A DNA stretch of 63,648 nt, filler included, from Octopus bimaculoides (Eukaryota): assembly GCF_001194135.2 (NCBI RefSeq). It is 8 parts of 8 records of this genome, joined end to end, with 100 filler letters (N's around TTAATTAATTAA, not from the genome) between each part and the next. Parts side by side here need not be neighbours in the genome. Positions count along the whole stretch, not along the records: positions 34,284 to 44,934 come from NC_068998.1; positions 45,035 to 49,084 come from NW_026312395.1; positions 49,185 to 55,272 come from NC_068989.1; 5 more parts are not named here. One strand, 5' to 3'. Under the pieces are notes generated by a model, which saw nothing but the letters and a program-made list of their open reading frames with translations, searched no databases and had not been told where the DNA came from. Shown here piece after piece: positions 35,990-49,317 of this stretch (its first letter is position 1; every line of letters starts with the position of its first letter). The translations under genes were made by a program, and so were the position numbers.

Positions 35990-37810
35990 AAAGGTGAAGA
36001 TCAGAGGCAGGAAGTGTTCAGGATTACACTGTGTGAGAGAGAACTGTGATGTCATTGGTGAGCAGTAAATTCTGAATAATGAAGTCATACTTGCCATTGA
36101 TATGAAACATAAAAAAGCAGCATGGAAGTGCTATTATGAGAGGCTGCTGAATATGGAGAATACATGGAGTACAGAGAGACTGCCTCATGCTATCCCAACA
36201 GAGGGACCAGCAATTCAAGTTGATAGCAGTGTAATAGATACAGCAATCAAGGATATAACAAGAGGGAAATCTGCAGATCCATCCAGGATAGTTGCAGAGA
36301 TGCTCAACATATCTGGTGAGGTAAGATACAAGATAAGTACCCAGATAGTTAATCAGGTCAAACAGGAAGGTGTCATGCCCAGTGACTAGCATAGCAGTAT
36401 CATCACAAAATGCTACAAAAGCAGAAGAGATGCAATTATAGAGGAATCAGATTCCAGTGACCTAGTTGCAAAGGTCACAGAGAGAGTCACAGCCCAATTG
36501 ATTTACAATAGAATAGACTTAGATGAGATGCAGTTTGGTTTTGTTCCCAGCAGAGGTACCACAGATGCAATCTTCCTAGTAAGGCAACTGCAGGAAAAAT
36601 ACTTGGTTCATAATAAACTGCTATTCCTGGTTTTCACTGATTTGGAGAAAGCATTTGAGTGTACAATGTTCAGCAATTTGGTGGTCACTGAGGAAAGTAG
36701 GTGTAGATGAATGGCTTGTGTAGGCAGTTGAAGCTATGTACAATGTTGTTGTAAGTAAAGCAAGAGTTGGCAATCACTTCGGTGACAAATTTAGTATGAA
36801 GAAAGGAGTCCATCAAGGCTCAGTCCTCAGTCCACTTCTATTCATCATAGTTCAACAGGCCATCAAAGAGGAGTTTAAGACTGACTGTCCACAGAAACTC
36901 TTATATGCTTGTGTTCTAGTTTGCATAGCTGAATCTTTAGGGGAATTAGAGAGGAAATTCCAGGCATGGAAACTGAACCTAGAATTGAAAGGTATTAAAG
37001 TAAACCTGGCAAAGATGATCATTTTAATAAGAAAAAAGAAAACAGGATCTTGGTACCCTAACCCTGTTTGATATGCAGAAAAGGAGTAGATATAAACTCC
37101 ATGCACTGTACCTGATGTAAACTATGGACACACATGAGATGAAGCAGAATCACAAGTAGACTATCTGAGAACATGAGCTTGAATGGGACGGATACACTGG
37201 AGTAATATATTAGGAGCACACTTGAAATTAGTTTCTCTGAAACACCTAGATGGCTCACCAGAAATAGTTGATAGTTTTTGTTACTTAGAAGATGTAATTA
37301 GCATGAAAAGTGGTGGCTCTGGAAGTATAATAACTAGAGTAAGAATGGGTTGGAGAATGTTCAGAGAGCTACTAACACTACTGACATGAGAGGTCTTTTC
37401 TCTCAGAATGAAGGGCAGATTATATGATGCTAGTGTTAGAACTTCAATGCTGCATGTAGTGAAACATAGGCCTTAAATGCAGAGGACTTGAGAAGACTGA
37501 AGACAAATGAAGCTAGCATACTCTGTTGGATATGCTGTGTGAGTGTGCATGAACATCATTGTATAACTGGGCTAAGGGAAAGACTGGACATAAGAGGAAG
37601 CAGACATAGTGTGCAAAAAAAAAAAAGATATGCAATGTGTATGAATTGAGGATAACAGTATAAAGAACTACCACTCACTAAATGTGGATGGAACTTGAGG
37701 AACAGGAAGACAGGGCAAGTTGGTGAAGGCTGATCTCAGGACCTTGAACATCATAGAAGCGATGACAAGAGACAGAGATGGCTGGCAGTATGCAGTTCTT
37801 GAGAAGGCCC
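35990..37810 (+). mobile_element. Older, heavily mutated RTE LINE ORF2 (RT domain to C-terminus)
   Basis: IDLDEMQFGFVPSRGTTDAIFLVRQLQEKY...DLEKAF; GVHQGSVLSPLLFIIV; VDSFCYLEDVIS...ITRVRMGW. Many stops and frameshifts. Confidence 0.85.
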
Positions 37811-38849
37811 AGCCCTGTTGGTGAAACTGAGTTCTGGTAGGGCTGCGTGCGTGCGTGCCCATCATTCAATTTCCTTCTTCCTCAAGGCACCCACCACCAC
37901 CTATTACTTCCCTAACTGCAGTTCTTCACTTCTCTTATTACTGTGAGCCATTTCACTTGTTATCTACTCTTCATCCATTAATACTATTCTCCCTAACAAT
38001 ACTTTCATTGGTCACTTACTGCCACTGTGCCACTAAATCATTCCTTCTCCACCAACATATGTCTAACCATCCTCATACACTGTACCTACCTCTCCCTTCT
38101 CCAACCACTCTTACAGCCTACTCAACAGCATGACATCTCTCTTTCATCCTTTTTCTATTTAGTCAATTAGCATTTCTATTCTGCTGATTTACACTGTCAG
38201 ACATTCCCTTGCTGTTCAACTAAATCATGTATCTGCACCAATGCTCTTAACTTAAATATAGTGCTCCATAACTATATAATTTTATTCTCATAATGATGCC
38301 TTCATAATAAAGTGATCCACTATTGCATTCTCAGTATGATACATACCAAATTCATAAGGTTTTGCACTTGTTTCTAGACAATATGTGCAAGCATTTTTTT
38401 CCCTTGTGATGAAACAGACTGAAATGTGCTCTTCTCAAAGATCAAATACTTTTGTTGTTCAAAACGGGATGCAAGTTTTTTTTCACACACTTAAGTTACT
38501 TTGCATCATTTAAAGTACAATAAATTTCACAGAAGATATTTTCTGCCAATACATAATACATTTGCTCTATTTCTGCTGTCAACCACTGATGCTACATCAA
38601 AATACATTTCTGTTATATTTAGTCAATTCCTCAAATACTTACAATTGTAAACCACAAAGTTTTGATGATGAAAACTGAGGATATCCTTTGTTGCCATTAT
38701 TATGCTTAGTAATGTTCCTAGTTAAATGTCTATTAATGAGGCACATTCCAGAAGTCTTGATTTTTTTTAGGCAGTAATAACTGTCCTACATTATTGCAAT
38801 TTTAGTATATCATTACTATACATCTAATAAGCTGACCTGTTAACTTTTG

Positions 38850-39300
38850 TTATTCCAGATTGAAGGAAATGGTCATAACAGCCCTTTAAACATACCCTAC
38901 AAAACACTGCTTGTCACAGCTGACTAGTTTGCAGAATGCAGTTGGGACATGAAGACAATTTGGAAGCTCGCTATGCAATCGAGTTTTGTGTTCAACTGAG
39001 CAAAAATGCTACAGAAACTTATTAAATTCTTATAGATTAACTTGAGTTAAGCATCTATTTTTTGCTAGCACAAGAGGCCAGACAAGCAAGTCCACCAGGA
39101 AGCTCATGATGATCCCCTTTTTTGACAGCAATAATATCATCTACATCTACTAAGTTTCCTCTAGCCAGATGGTCAACAAAGATTTTGGAATGTTTTGAGG
39201 GAGTTCAGGAAGAGATTTTGTCACAAAAGGCCAGAGTACCAGCACCAGTTCATAATTCCATCCTGTTAACCAACTTCTTGAAAGAGACGGGCATATTTTG
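38850..39300 (+). mobile_element. Internally deleted mariner transposase relic
   Basis: EARYAIEFCVQLSKNATETY (N-terminal HTH); VLREFRKRFCHKRP and APVHNSILLTNFLKETGI (catalytic region). Confidence 0.7.
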
Positions 39301-40820
39301 TCTATGAAATAGTTTCTTAGGTGAAAAACTCAATGGAAAAGGCTGAAAAAATATTCAGTAGGCTTCACAAATGTATTTTAGGACCAAGAACACTTGCAAC
39401 AAGTTTATTGTTTGACCATTCTTCAGGTTGAATTTCATCCAAGTCATTTAATGAAAAATCAGACGAATTAAAGTCAAAATCAAAATGTGCATATGAAGAA
39501 ATAGATGCATTGTTTTGATTTTGAAAGTCTTATCTGCCTTTAATTCATTGATTAAATTATTGAAATTGTCATTCAATGAATGATTAGCAGCCATTTTTTA
39601 GAGATAATTTTCAAGAAGAAAATCCTGACAAAAATATAAAAGTTTGGTAACAGGTGGGTAAATGTAATGTGCTAAAAGAATGTAAATAATAGCGAAAAGG
39701 ATTTAAAGTTTTTTCACTTAGATAACTAGCTTCCTTTAGGATGAATGTAAACCAGAGTGGCATGATATGTGCAGTCTCAGGCAGTATAAGACTGACATAC
39801 AGATGCAGTGTTGTGTAGATTCATGTCATACAATATGTTAAGAGCTAAGGAAAGAACACTTGATAATTAAAGAATTTAGAACTACATATCCTTAGAATTC
39901 CTTTGAATATTTTTCTGCTGAATTTAGGAGCTAAATGAGGAGTTCTAAACAATCACTTCACAAAAGGTAGTATGATACTTACGATTACAAACATCAAAAC
40001 AAGCAGCTTTCTCTTCAGCTGTGAGAAGATAGCATTTACCAGAATTTAAGTTATCTAGAGCCTTCTGTAATAAATATTGTGGCTCAGAACGAAAAGTCTG
40101 AGCTTTCTTTAAAATTCCATGACATTTGGATGGGTTACCTAAAAAATAGAGTTAAAGCAAGTCTGAGAACAAAACAAACATGTTACATTCTTAAATAAAA
40201 AAAATAAAAAAATCTTATTCATCCCTGAAAGAAACAAAATGAAGGACATAGGGATAGAAATGCAGTGATAAATTTACTTATATAGTTAGTACTTCACTCA
40301 CTTAGGTGCTTTTACTACCTGCTTTTAATGTGTACTTTGTAAAAAAAAAATTATCATTTTTGGATGTGTATATAGTAGAAGACATGCATCCTCAGTTGCC
40401 TTGAAAATAATTCATGAAAACAATTCATCTACATCATTAAACAGAAGTCTACAAAATTGACAACTATACAGTTACTAGACAAAATTAAGTAAAATATGTT
40501 GCACTTCATGAACAATAAATATTTCATAGATAAAATTGCAAATTATGTTTTATAATATTTGAAAAGGTTTCAAATATATTTAGCCTTACAGCCAGCCTAA
40601 TATCACAAGCTCTATTGTCATTTTGATGCTGGTTTAGATATGTCTGAAGTATATTAATATATAAAACATCAAATATGATTCTCTCAAAGAAATATTTTAA
40701 TAATAACCAAAAATCTATGCTAATACATTTCAATCTTTCAAGATTATAAACAAATAATTTAGAAGAAAATGTAAAAAAACCACTAAAGTGAATGATCACA
40801 TTCAACAGCAAATATAAGTC

Positions 40821-40852
40821 TACTAACAGAGATACCCGGCATTGTTCGGGAT
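40821..40852 (-). mobile_element. Helitron-type terminus fragment
   Basis: Minus strand CCCG-aacaatgc-CGGG hairpin, 8 nt, then TTAG|T (CTAG variant). Confidence 0.4.
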
Positions 40853-41098
40853 TAAAATGGCATAGCTTTTTTATTATTTTAGTTGTTTCGGTCATGTGAC
40901 AGTGGCCATGCTGAAGTACCACCTTTAGTTGAAGAAATCAATCCCAGGATTTATTCTTTGTAAGCCTAGTACTTATTCTTCGGTGTGTTTTGCCAAATGG
41001 CTAAGTTACGGGGATGTAAACAGCAAAATCAGTTGTCAAGCGAGGGTGGGGGTACACACACACACAAACACACATAATACATACACACATACATGTAA

Positions 41099-41130
<32 letters not shown>

Positions 41131-41626
41131 GTATGTATATATATATGTACATATACATACGCATGTATANNNNNNNNNNNNNNNNNNNNNNNNNNNNNNN
41201 NNNNNNNNNNNNNNNNNNNNNNNNNNNNNNNNNNNNNNNNNNNNNNNNNNNNNNNNNNNNNNNNNNNNNNNNNNNNNNNNNNNNNNNNNNNNNNNNNNNN
41301 NNNNNNNNNNNNNNNNNNNNNNNNNNNNNNNNNNNNNNNNNNNNNNNNNNNNNNNNNNNNNNNNNNNNNNNNNNNNNNNNNNNNNNNNNNNNNNNNNNNN
41401 NNNNNNNNNNNNNNNNNNNNNNNNNNNNNNNNNNNNNNNNNNNNNNNNNNNNNNNNNNNNNNNNNNNNNNNNNNNNNNNNNNNNNNNNNNNNNNNNNNNN
41501 NNNNNNNNNNNNNNNNNNNNNNNNNNNNNNNNNNNNNNNNNNNNNNNNNNNNNNNNNNNNNNNNNNNNNNNNNNNNNNNNNNNNNNNNNNNNNNNNNNNN
41601 NNNNNNNNNNNNNNNNNNNNNNNNNN

Positions 41627-42793
41627 GTGGGCCCCTGAAGCCCAAGCTGTTGCAGTATCTGGTCCTGAATTTTGATGGCGATGCTGGGATCTTTGGCACT
41701 ATGAATAACTTTCAATGCCAAAGTTTGGTACAAGGCCTTCTAGGATTTTCCAGATGTATATCACTGCATATCTCTCCCGCCTTCGTTCCAGGGAGAAGAG
41801 TTTTAATTCTTTAAGTCTTTCCCAATAGCTGACATGTTGCATCAAGACGCTTTTCTTGGTGTAGCTTCATTGGATTGCTTCGGGTTCCGCCGTTGATTTT
41901 TTATTGTGTGGAGAACATAGTTGGGAGCAATCGTCTAAGCAGCTGAGTACATATGTCCTCCAGAGGATCATCAATGTCTCCTTTTCTTTTATTCTGAAAG
42001 TTCAGAGGATCCAGTCAGTCAGCCGTCTGCATTTTATTACCAAATTGGTAATATGCACCTGGAAAGATGAATCATTGCTCATGTCAATGACCAGGTCACG
42101 CACTGATTTTGATTCAGGGATTTCAATTCCTCTTGGGCCAGTGTTTCCTGTCTGCATATCATTTAGCTCTGTGTCTTGGTAGCGTAGAGCCTGGAATTTT
42201 CCTGCATTAAACTGCATGTTGTTGTCCTCAGCCCACCTGTATATTGTGTCCAACTCCCATTGCAGATGTGCAATATTTCCAGGATTTTGTATTATTTGAG
42301 AGACTTTTGTGTCATCTGCATAGCTAGCAAGGGTAGATATCTGAGCAGCCAAGGGCATGTCTGAGAGGGCCACTATGAACAGCAGTGGCCCCAAGACAGT
42401 GCCCTGTGGAACACTACTTGCTATTTGCGTTTCCTTGGAGGTGGTTCCAATGGCCGCTACTGCCTAATGTCTATCCTTTAGAAAGTTGTGCAGTCATTCT
42501 CCAAGTTTTCCGCATATGCCCAGATCATGCAGTGTAACATATCATACCATGGTCAACTTTGTCAAAGTCTTTTGCAAAGTCGAGATGTATCACATCCACG
42601 CTTGAGTCATTCAGCAGCTGTTTTAATACCCAGTCGTAGTGTTGCAGGAGCTGTGTCATACAGCTTCTATCTAGACGAAATCCATGCTGGGTGTCAGTCA
42701 GTAAGTCATTTTCTTCTAGGAACATGATTAGTTTCTTGCAGACTATTCGTTCCATGACTTTACTGATATGTGATGTCAGAGAGATAGGCCTAT
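41627..42793 (-). mobile_element. CR1/L2-group LINE reverse-transcriptase domain, degenerate
   Basis: RPISLTSHISKVMERIV...QHGFRLDRSC...DVIHLDFAKDFDKVDHG; SSVPQGTVLGPLLFIV; LASYADDTKV; WAEDNNMQFNAGKFQAL. Confidence 0.9.
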
Positions 42794-43154
42794 NNNNNNN
42801 NNNNNNNNNNNNNNNNNNNNNNNNNNNNNNNNNNNNNNNNNNNNNNNNNNNNNNNNNNNNNNNNNNNNNNNNNNNNNNNNNNNNNNNNNNNNNGAGGAAG
42901 AGAGGAGAGAGGGTGGGTATAAGAGAGGGAAGGTGGATGTGAGGGAAGGTGTAAGAGAGGGAAGGTGGATCTGAGAGAGGGGGAAGGTGGGTATGGGGTG
43001 AGAAAGAGAGGAAGAGAAAGAGAGTGAGAGAGAAGAGAGTGAGAGAGAGAGGGAAAGAGAGAAGAGAGTGAGAGAGTAAGGGTGAGAGAGTAAGAGAGTA
43101 AGAGTGTAGAGAGTAAGAGTGAGAGAGAGTGAGAGAGAGGGATAGATATAGTCT

Positions 43155-43474
43155 TTGGCTGGCTTCAAATCTCACCTGCAAACCCATGTAAAACAAACTT
43201 CAACCGGCTATTCTGATTATATGTCTGTGCACATGTTTGAATGTGGTGTGTGCCAGAGGGCTTGCAAATCCAATGAAGGTCTTAAAAGACATGTTAGGAT
43301 CCACAATGAGCAGAACTTACCTGCAGGTATTGGTAGTACAATTCAGAGGTGCAATCTGTGTGGGTGTTTTTTCAAAACATTGTCTGGTTTAAAAAGCCAC
43401 ATCAGATGCCATGAAAGGGCTAAGGTGTAGGTGCAGGAGGTGGTCAAACTCTGTGTAAGGAGTAGACAACCACC
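43155..43474 (+). mobile_element. LINE (RTE-like) ORF2 C-terminus with tandem C2H2 zinc fingers
   Basis: AGFKSHLQTH, CGVCQRACKSNEGLKRHVRIH, CNLCGCFFKTLSGLKSHIRCH*. No TGEKP linkers. The 5' side is truncated against a GA microsatellite. Confidence 0.55.
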
Positions 43475-43949
43475 NNNNNNNNNNNNNNNNNNNNNNNNNN
43501 NNNNNNNNNNNNNNNNNNNNNNNNNNNNNNNNNNNNNNNNNNNNNNNNNNNNNNNNNNNNNNNNNNNNNNNNNNNNNNNNNNNNNNNNNNNNNNNNNNNN
43601 NNNNNNNNNNNNNNNNNNNNNNNNNNNNNNNNNNNNNNNNNNNNNNNNNNNNNNNNNNNNNNNNNNNNNNNNNNNNNNNNNNNNNNNNNNNNNNNNNNNN
43701 NNNNNNNNNNNNNNNNNNNNNNNNNNNNNNNNNNNNNNNNNNNNNNNNNNNNNNNNNNNNNNNNNNNNNNNNNNNNNNNNNNNNNNNNNNNNNNNNNNNN
43801 NNNNNNNNNNNNNNNNNNNNNNNNNNNNNNNNNNNNNNNNNNNNNNNNNNNNNNNNNNNATTTTTGAAAAATAAAAAAGAATTAAGTGGAAATTTTACTG
43901 GTGAGTGTGTTAAATTATAAGGCACCAAAAGAGAATGACTCTCCCCAGA

Positions 43950-44934
43950 GACAACAGAATACATAAGTATCTTGAGAGAAAAGTTGAACCTAAGAAGCAT
44001 CAGTTGTGGTGTGCAAGAGAGACGATTGCGCTGGTATGGACATGTGGCGAGAATGGATGAGGATAGATGTGTGAAAAAGTGCCACACCCTAGCAGTTGAG
44101 GGAACCTGTGGAAGAGGTAAGCCCAGGAAGGCCTGGGATGAGGTGGTGAAGAATGACCTCTGAACTTTAGGCCTCACCGAGGCAATGACTTGTGACCGAA
44201 ACCTTTGGAAATATGCTATGCGTGAGAAGACCCAGCAAGCCAAATGAGACCAAAATCCAAGGCCTCTGCCAGGGATGTAACCAGCCCACTTATGCGTTAC
44301 ATTCCTTCTTTGGACACTACACTCCGCTTGTGAAGACTTGTTGAGGCAAGTGAAATCGAAATAGAAATTGAACTAAATTTGTAGACTGCCACCCATGCCA
44401 ATGTCTTCATTGAACACTAAACTTGGCTTGCGAAGACCTGTTGCGGCAAGTGAAAGCAAAATCATGATAGTACCAGTACCAGTAAATCACTAAGAGCAAC
44501 GTCCGCGCGTGATCGTTGCCAGAGCACCAGCTGTCTGGCTTTCATGCTGGTGGCACATAAATAGCACCATTTGAACGTGACCGTTACCAACGTTGTCTTC
44601 CTGGCACTTGTGTTAGTGGCACGTGAAAAGACATTCAAGCAAGTTCGTTGCCAGTACCGCTGGACTGGCTCTTGTGCAGGTGGCACGTAAAATACACCAT
44701 TTCGACCGTGGCCGTTGCCAGTACCTCCTGACTGGCCTTCATGCCAGTGGCACGTAAAAGCACCCACTACACTCTCCGAGTGGTTGGCATTAGGAGGGGC
44801 ATCCAGCTGTAGAAACCCTGCCAAATCAGATTGGAGCCTGGTGTAGCCATCTGGTTCACCAGTCCTCAGTCAAATCGTCCAACCCATGCTAGAATGGAAA
44901 GCGGACATTAAATGATGATGATGATGATGATGAT
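43950..44934 (+). mobile_element. RTE LINE 3' end: ORF2 C-terminus, 3' UTR with repeated ggcacgtaaaa hairpin motifs, (GAT)n tail
   Basis: LREKLNLRSISCGVQERRLRWYGHVARMDED...WDEVVKNDL, then UTR and (GAT)n at 44913-44934. Confidence 0.85.
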
Positions 44935-45099
44935 NNNNNNNNNNNNNNNNNNNNNNNNNNNNNNNNNNNNNNNNNNNNTTAATTAATTAANNNNNNNNNN
45001 NNNNNNNNNNNNNNNNNNNNNNNNNNNNNNNNNNGTATATATATATATATGTATGTATGTGTGTGTGTGTGTGTGTATATATATTAGATCTATCAACAG

Positions 45100-45812
45100 G
45101 GACAGTGTCTGAGATTCTTATCAGGCAAGCAGTGAAGACATTTGGTATTACTCATAAAAGATGAGAAAAGGCTAATTGTTACTCCAAGCCAATAAGGACA
45201 AGAGAAAAAAGCGCGCTACAAAGCTTTTGAACCAACCTAAGTACCTCTTCCAATTGAACATGCTTTGTTTTTTCTCAGACGAGAAAAATATCTCTCAGTA
45301 TCAGATGGTGACCACACAGAACAACCGTTGCCTCGCCCTGCCCTCTAAACATGTACCGAAAGTGATAAAAATCAAACATCCAGTCAACGTCATGGTGTTT
45401 GGAGTCATCACTGGTAATGGCGATGTTATGCCTCTATTATCTTCCCACACGGCTTCAGAGTCAATATGGTGGCCTACATCAAGTACCTAGAGGAGGTAGT
45501 GCTACCCTGGGTCATGTGGGCAGCTGCTGGAAGACCCTATGTCTGGCAACAGGGTTCTGCATCATGTCACGCAAACAGGAGAACTCAGTCAATGTTGTCA
45601 GATAATGTCCCCAGAATGCAACCACCTTGGTTATTATGTGTGGGGTGCAGTTGAGGAAGAGACCAACAAAACTCCTTGTAACACCAAAGATAAACTGAAG
45701 ATAATTATTATGGCAGCATTCACCAACTTAAACAAGGAGACCGTCCGGAAGTGTTGTAGGAGATTCAGTTGTCTCGAGGCCGTGGTTGAAGCCAGCTGCG
45801 ATATTATTGAGT
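45100..45812 (+). mobile_element. Tc1/mariner maT(DD37D)-like transposase relic
   Basis: FSDEKN...KHPVNVMVFGVITGNGDVMP; YVWQQGSASCHANRRTQ; PECNHLGYYVWGAVEEETNKTPCNTKDKLK...LEAVVEA. Confidence 0.8.
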
Positions 45813-45964
45813 GGCTGTGTGGTAAGTAGCTTGCTTACCAACCACATGGTTCGGGGTTCCGTCCCACTTTGTGGCATCTTGTGCAAGTGTCTTCTACTAT
45901 AGCCTCGAGTCGACCAAAGCCTTGTGAGTGGATTTGGTAGACGGAAACTGAAAGAAGCCCGTCG

Positions 45965-45999
<35 letters not shown>

Positions 46000-47086
46000 T
46001 TGTCTCCCCCCACCAACATCGCTTGACTTGCGATGCTGGTGTGTTTACGTCCCCGTAACTTAGCGGTTCGGCAAAAAGAGACCGATAGAATAAGTACTAT
46101 AGGCTTACAAAGAATAAGTCCTGGGTCGATTTGCTCGACTAAAAAAAAGGTGGTGCTTTAGCACGGCCGCAGTCAAATGACTGAAAGAAGTAAAAGAATA
46201 AAAGAATAAAAAAGAATTTAGTATTTCAAGATAATTTTATGTAATTTTGGTAAATATGTCTGTTAAAATGAGATGTCAGTGTTATTTTCATTTTTGCGTA
46301 ATTTAGACTACAGTTCATTCACCGCACCCTGTATACATTATATGTATGTATATATATATATATATATATATATNNNNNNNNNNNNNNNNNNNNNNNNNNN
46401 NNNNNNNNNNNNNNNNNNNNNNNNNNNNNNNNNNNNNNNNNNNNNNNNNNNNNNNNNNNNNNNNNNNNNNNNNNNNNNNNNNNNNNNNNNNNNNNNNNNN
46501 NNNNNNNNNNNNNNNNNNNNNNNNNNNNTACACACACACACACACATAAAATTACAAAGAGAGAGAGAGTGCTTGAGTATGTGCGCGTGCGTGCGTGCTC
46601 AATATACATTGTAGAAGATATGACTTTTCATTAAAACTGAAGCTAAAAGTTGTACACATACACACACACACACATACGTGCATGCTTACACATACATGCT
46701 CCCCCCCGACACCAATAAATACGCAGTAAATTTCATTTCAGGATATAAATCTTTACGCATTCTATGTTGTTTATGATTGTGCGTGTATGTCTGTATTTGG
46801 ATGTACACACACTAGTTTTCTGCGTCATTTTACAATGTGTACGAACGAGAATGTGATTTCATGTGCACGCACGCACGCCTGCGTGCGTTCGTGCAATGTT
46901 TTGGCTTCATTGTTAGCATGTGCGATTAACTTTTCCTATCATCTGTATAACTTGCCTCGTCTCAAACATGATTTATGCGTTTCTACTTAGAGGTTAATAT
47001 ATGTTTTTTTCAGAAGCCAGTACATTAAGGGCGAAGGTGTGAATTAAAAAGCATCAATATAATGTGTGTGTATGTATGTGTGCGTG

Positions 47087-47117
<31 letters not shown>

Positions 47118-47509
47118 ACACACACACACATATGTATATATACATATACATATAATACTTTTGGAAGAAGAGTACCATTATTATATACATAGATATATAT
47201 AATACTTGAAACAAGATGAGTGTATATCAGTGACATCGAAGTTTCGACCTATTAGGTTTTATGAAACTGTTCAATGAAGGTTAGTGGACTGAAACTTCGA
47301 AGTCACTCTCAAAATTTGTAATAATTATGTATTCTACAGAAAGTATTAACTTTACATTTCACAAAAAGTTAAATTGCTTTTATAAAAACGCTACACGTAC
47401 GTACATACATATATATATGCTTTGTGTATATACTTATGTGTGTGTGTGTGTGTATATATATCTATCTCTATATACATATGCATAATATATATATACACAT
47501 ATGTATATA

Positions 47510-47541
<32 letters not shown>

Positions 47542-48575
47542 NNNNNNNNNNNNNNNNNNNNNNNNNNNNNNNNNNNNNNNNNNNNNNNNNNNNNNNNNNN
47601 NNNNNNNNNNNNNNNNNNNNNNNNNNNNNNNNNNNNNNNNNNNNNNNNNNNNNNNNNNNNNNNNNNNNNNNNNNNNNNNNNNNNNNNNNNNNNNNNNNNN
47701 NNNNNNNNNNNNNNNNNNNNNNNNNNNNNNNNNNNNNNNNNNNNNNNNNNNNNNNNNNNNNNNNNNNNNNNNNNNNNNNNNNNNNNNNNNNNNNNNNNNN
47801 NNNNNNNNNNNNNNNNNNNNNNNNNNNNNNNNNNNNNNNNNNNNNNNNNNNNNNNNNNNNNNNNNNNNNNNNNNNNNNNNNNNNNNNNNNNNNNNNNNNN
47901 NNNNNNNNNNNNNNNNNNNNNNNNNNNNNNNNNNNNNNNNNNNNNNNNNNNNNNNNNNNNNNNNNNNNNNNNNNNNNNNNNNNNNNNNNNNNNNNNNNNN
48001 NNNNNNNNNNNNNNNNNNNNNNNNNNNNNNNNNNNNNNNNNNNNNNNNNNNNNNNNNNNNNNNNNNNNNNNNNNNNNNNNNNNNNNNNNNNNNNNNNNNN
48101 NNNNNNNNNNNNNNNNNNNNNNNNNNNNNNNNNNNNNNNNNNNNNNNNNNNNNNNNNNNNNNNNNNNNNNNNNNNNNNNNNNNNNNNNNNNNNNNNNNNN
48201 NNNNNNNNNNNNNNNNNNNNNNNNNNNNNNNNNNNNNNNNNNNNNNNNNNNNNNNNNNNNNNNNNNNNNNNNNNNNNNNNNNNNNNNNNNNNNNNNNNNN
48301 NNNNNNNNNNNNNNNNNNNNNNNNNNNNNNNNNNNNNNNNNNNNNNNNNNNNNNNNNNNNNNNNNNNNNNNNNNNNNNNNNNNNNNNNNNNNNNNNNNNN
48401 NNNNNNNNNNNNNNNNNNNNNNNNGATGAAGGAAAATGTTCTCTATGTGGCTTGTCTGTTTTCTTGTCTACGTTTTGTTTGCAATGTCCTGTACCCAGAT
48501 ATGCACCTATACATACAGGTGGATGTCGGTATGCACATACCTGTACGTATATATGCATATACTCATATACTATTT

Positions 48576-48614
<39 letters not shown>

Positions 48615-48918
48615 CGTGGCTGTATGGTAAGTGTGTGTGTGTATATATTTATGTGTATATATTTGTCAGTGATCAGGTCGCGGTCTCAAAGTGACGAAAA
48701 TATTTTGGCAAACTAAAATTAAATGTTGAAGTGAATCTGACGGTTTTTGTGTTTTTAAATGGCTTATAGACACCTTCCACGCTGCAATTGTTTATACATA
48801 TACATATGTGTGTGTGTGTGTGTCTATACACACACATATACATACACGTGTATGTGTGTGTGTGTATATATTCATATATATATACACACACATATACATG
48901 TACGTGTGTGTGTGTATG

Positions 48919-48959
<41 letters not shown>

Positions 48960-49184
48960 GTGTGTGTGTGTATATATATACATACGTGCATAAATATGTT
49001 AGTATATATATGTGTTTAAATATATATATCTACATACGTACATAAATATATGTCGGTGTATAATATATATATATATATATATATNNNNNNNNNNNNNNNN
49101 NNNNNNNNNNNNNNNNNNNNNNNNNNNNTTAATTAATTAANNNNNNNNNNNNNNNNNNNNNNNNNNNNNNNNNNNNNNNNNNNN

Positions 49185-49250
<66 letters not shown>

Positions 49251-49282
49251 GTATGTATATATATTACATCCGCACACAGAAA

Positions 49283-49317
<35 letters not shown>

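Noticed and set aside
21119-42793. CR1-like 5' half (21119-23180) and RT half (41627-42793) as one element
   Set aside because: In minus-strand orientation the RT part lies upstream of ORF1, with linkers between them. They are treated as separate copies.
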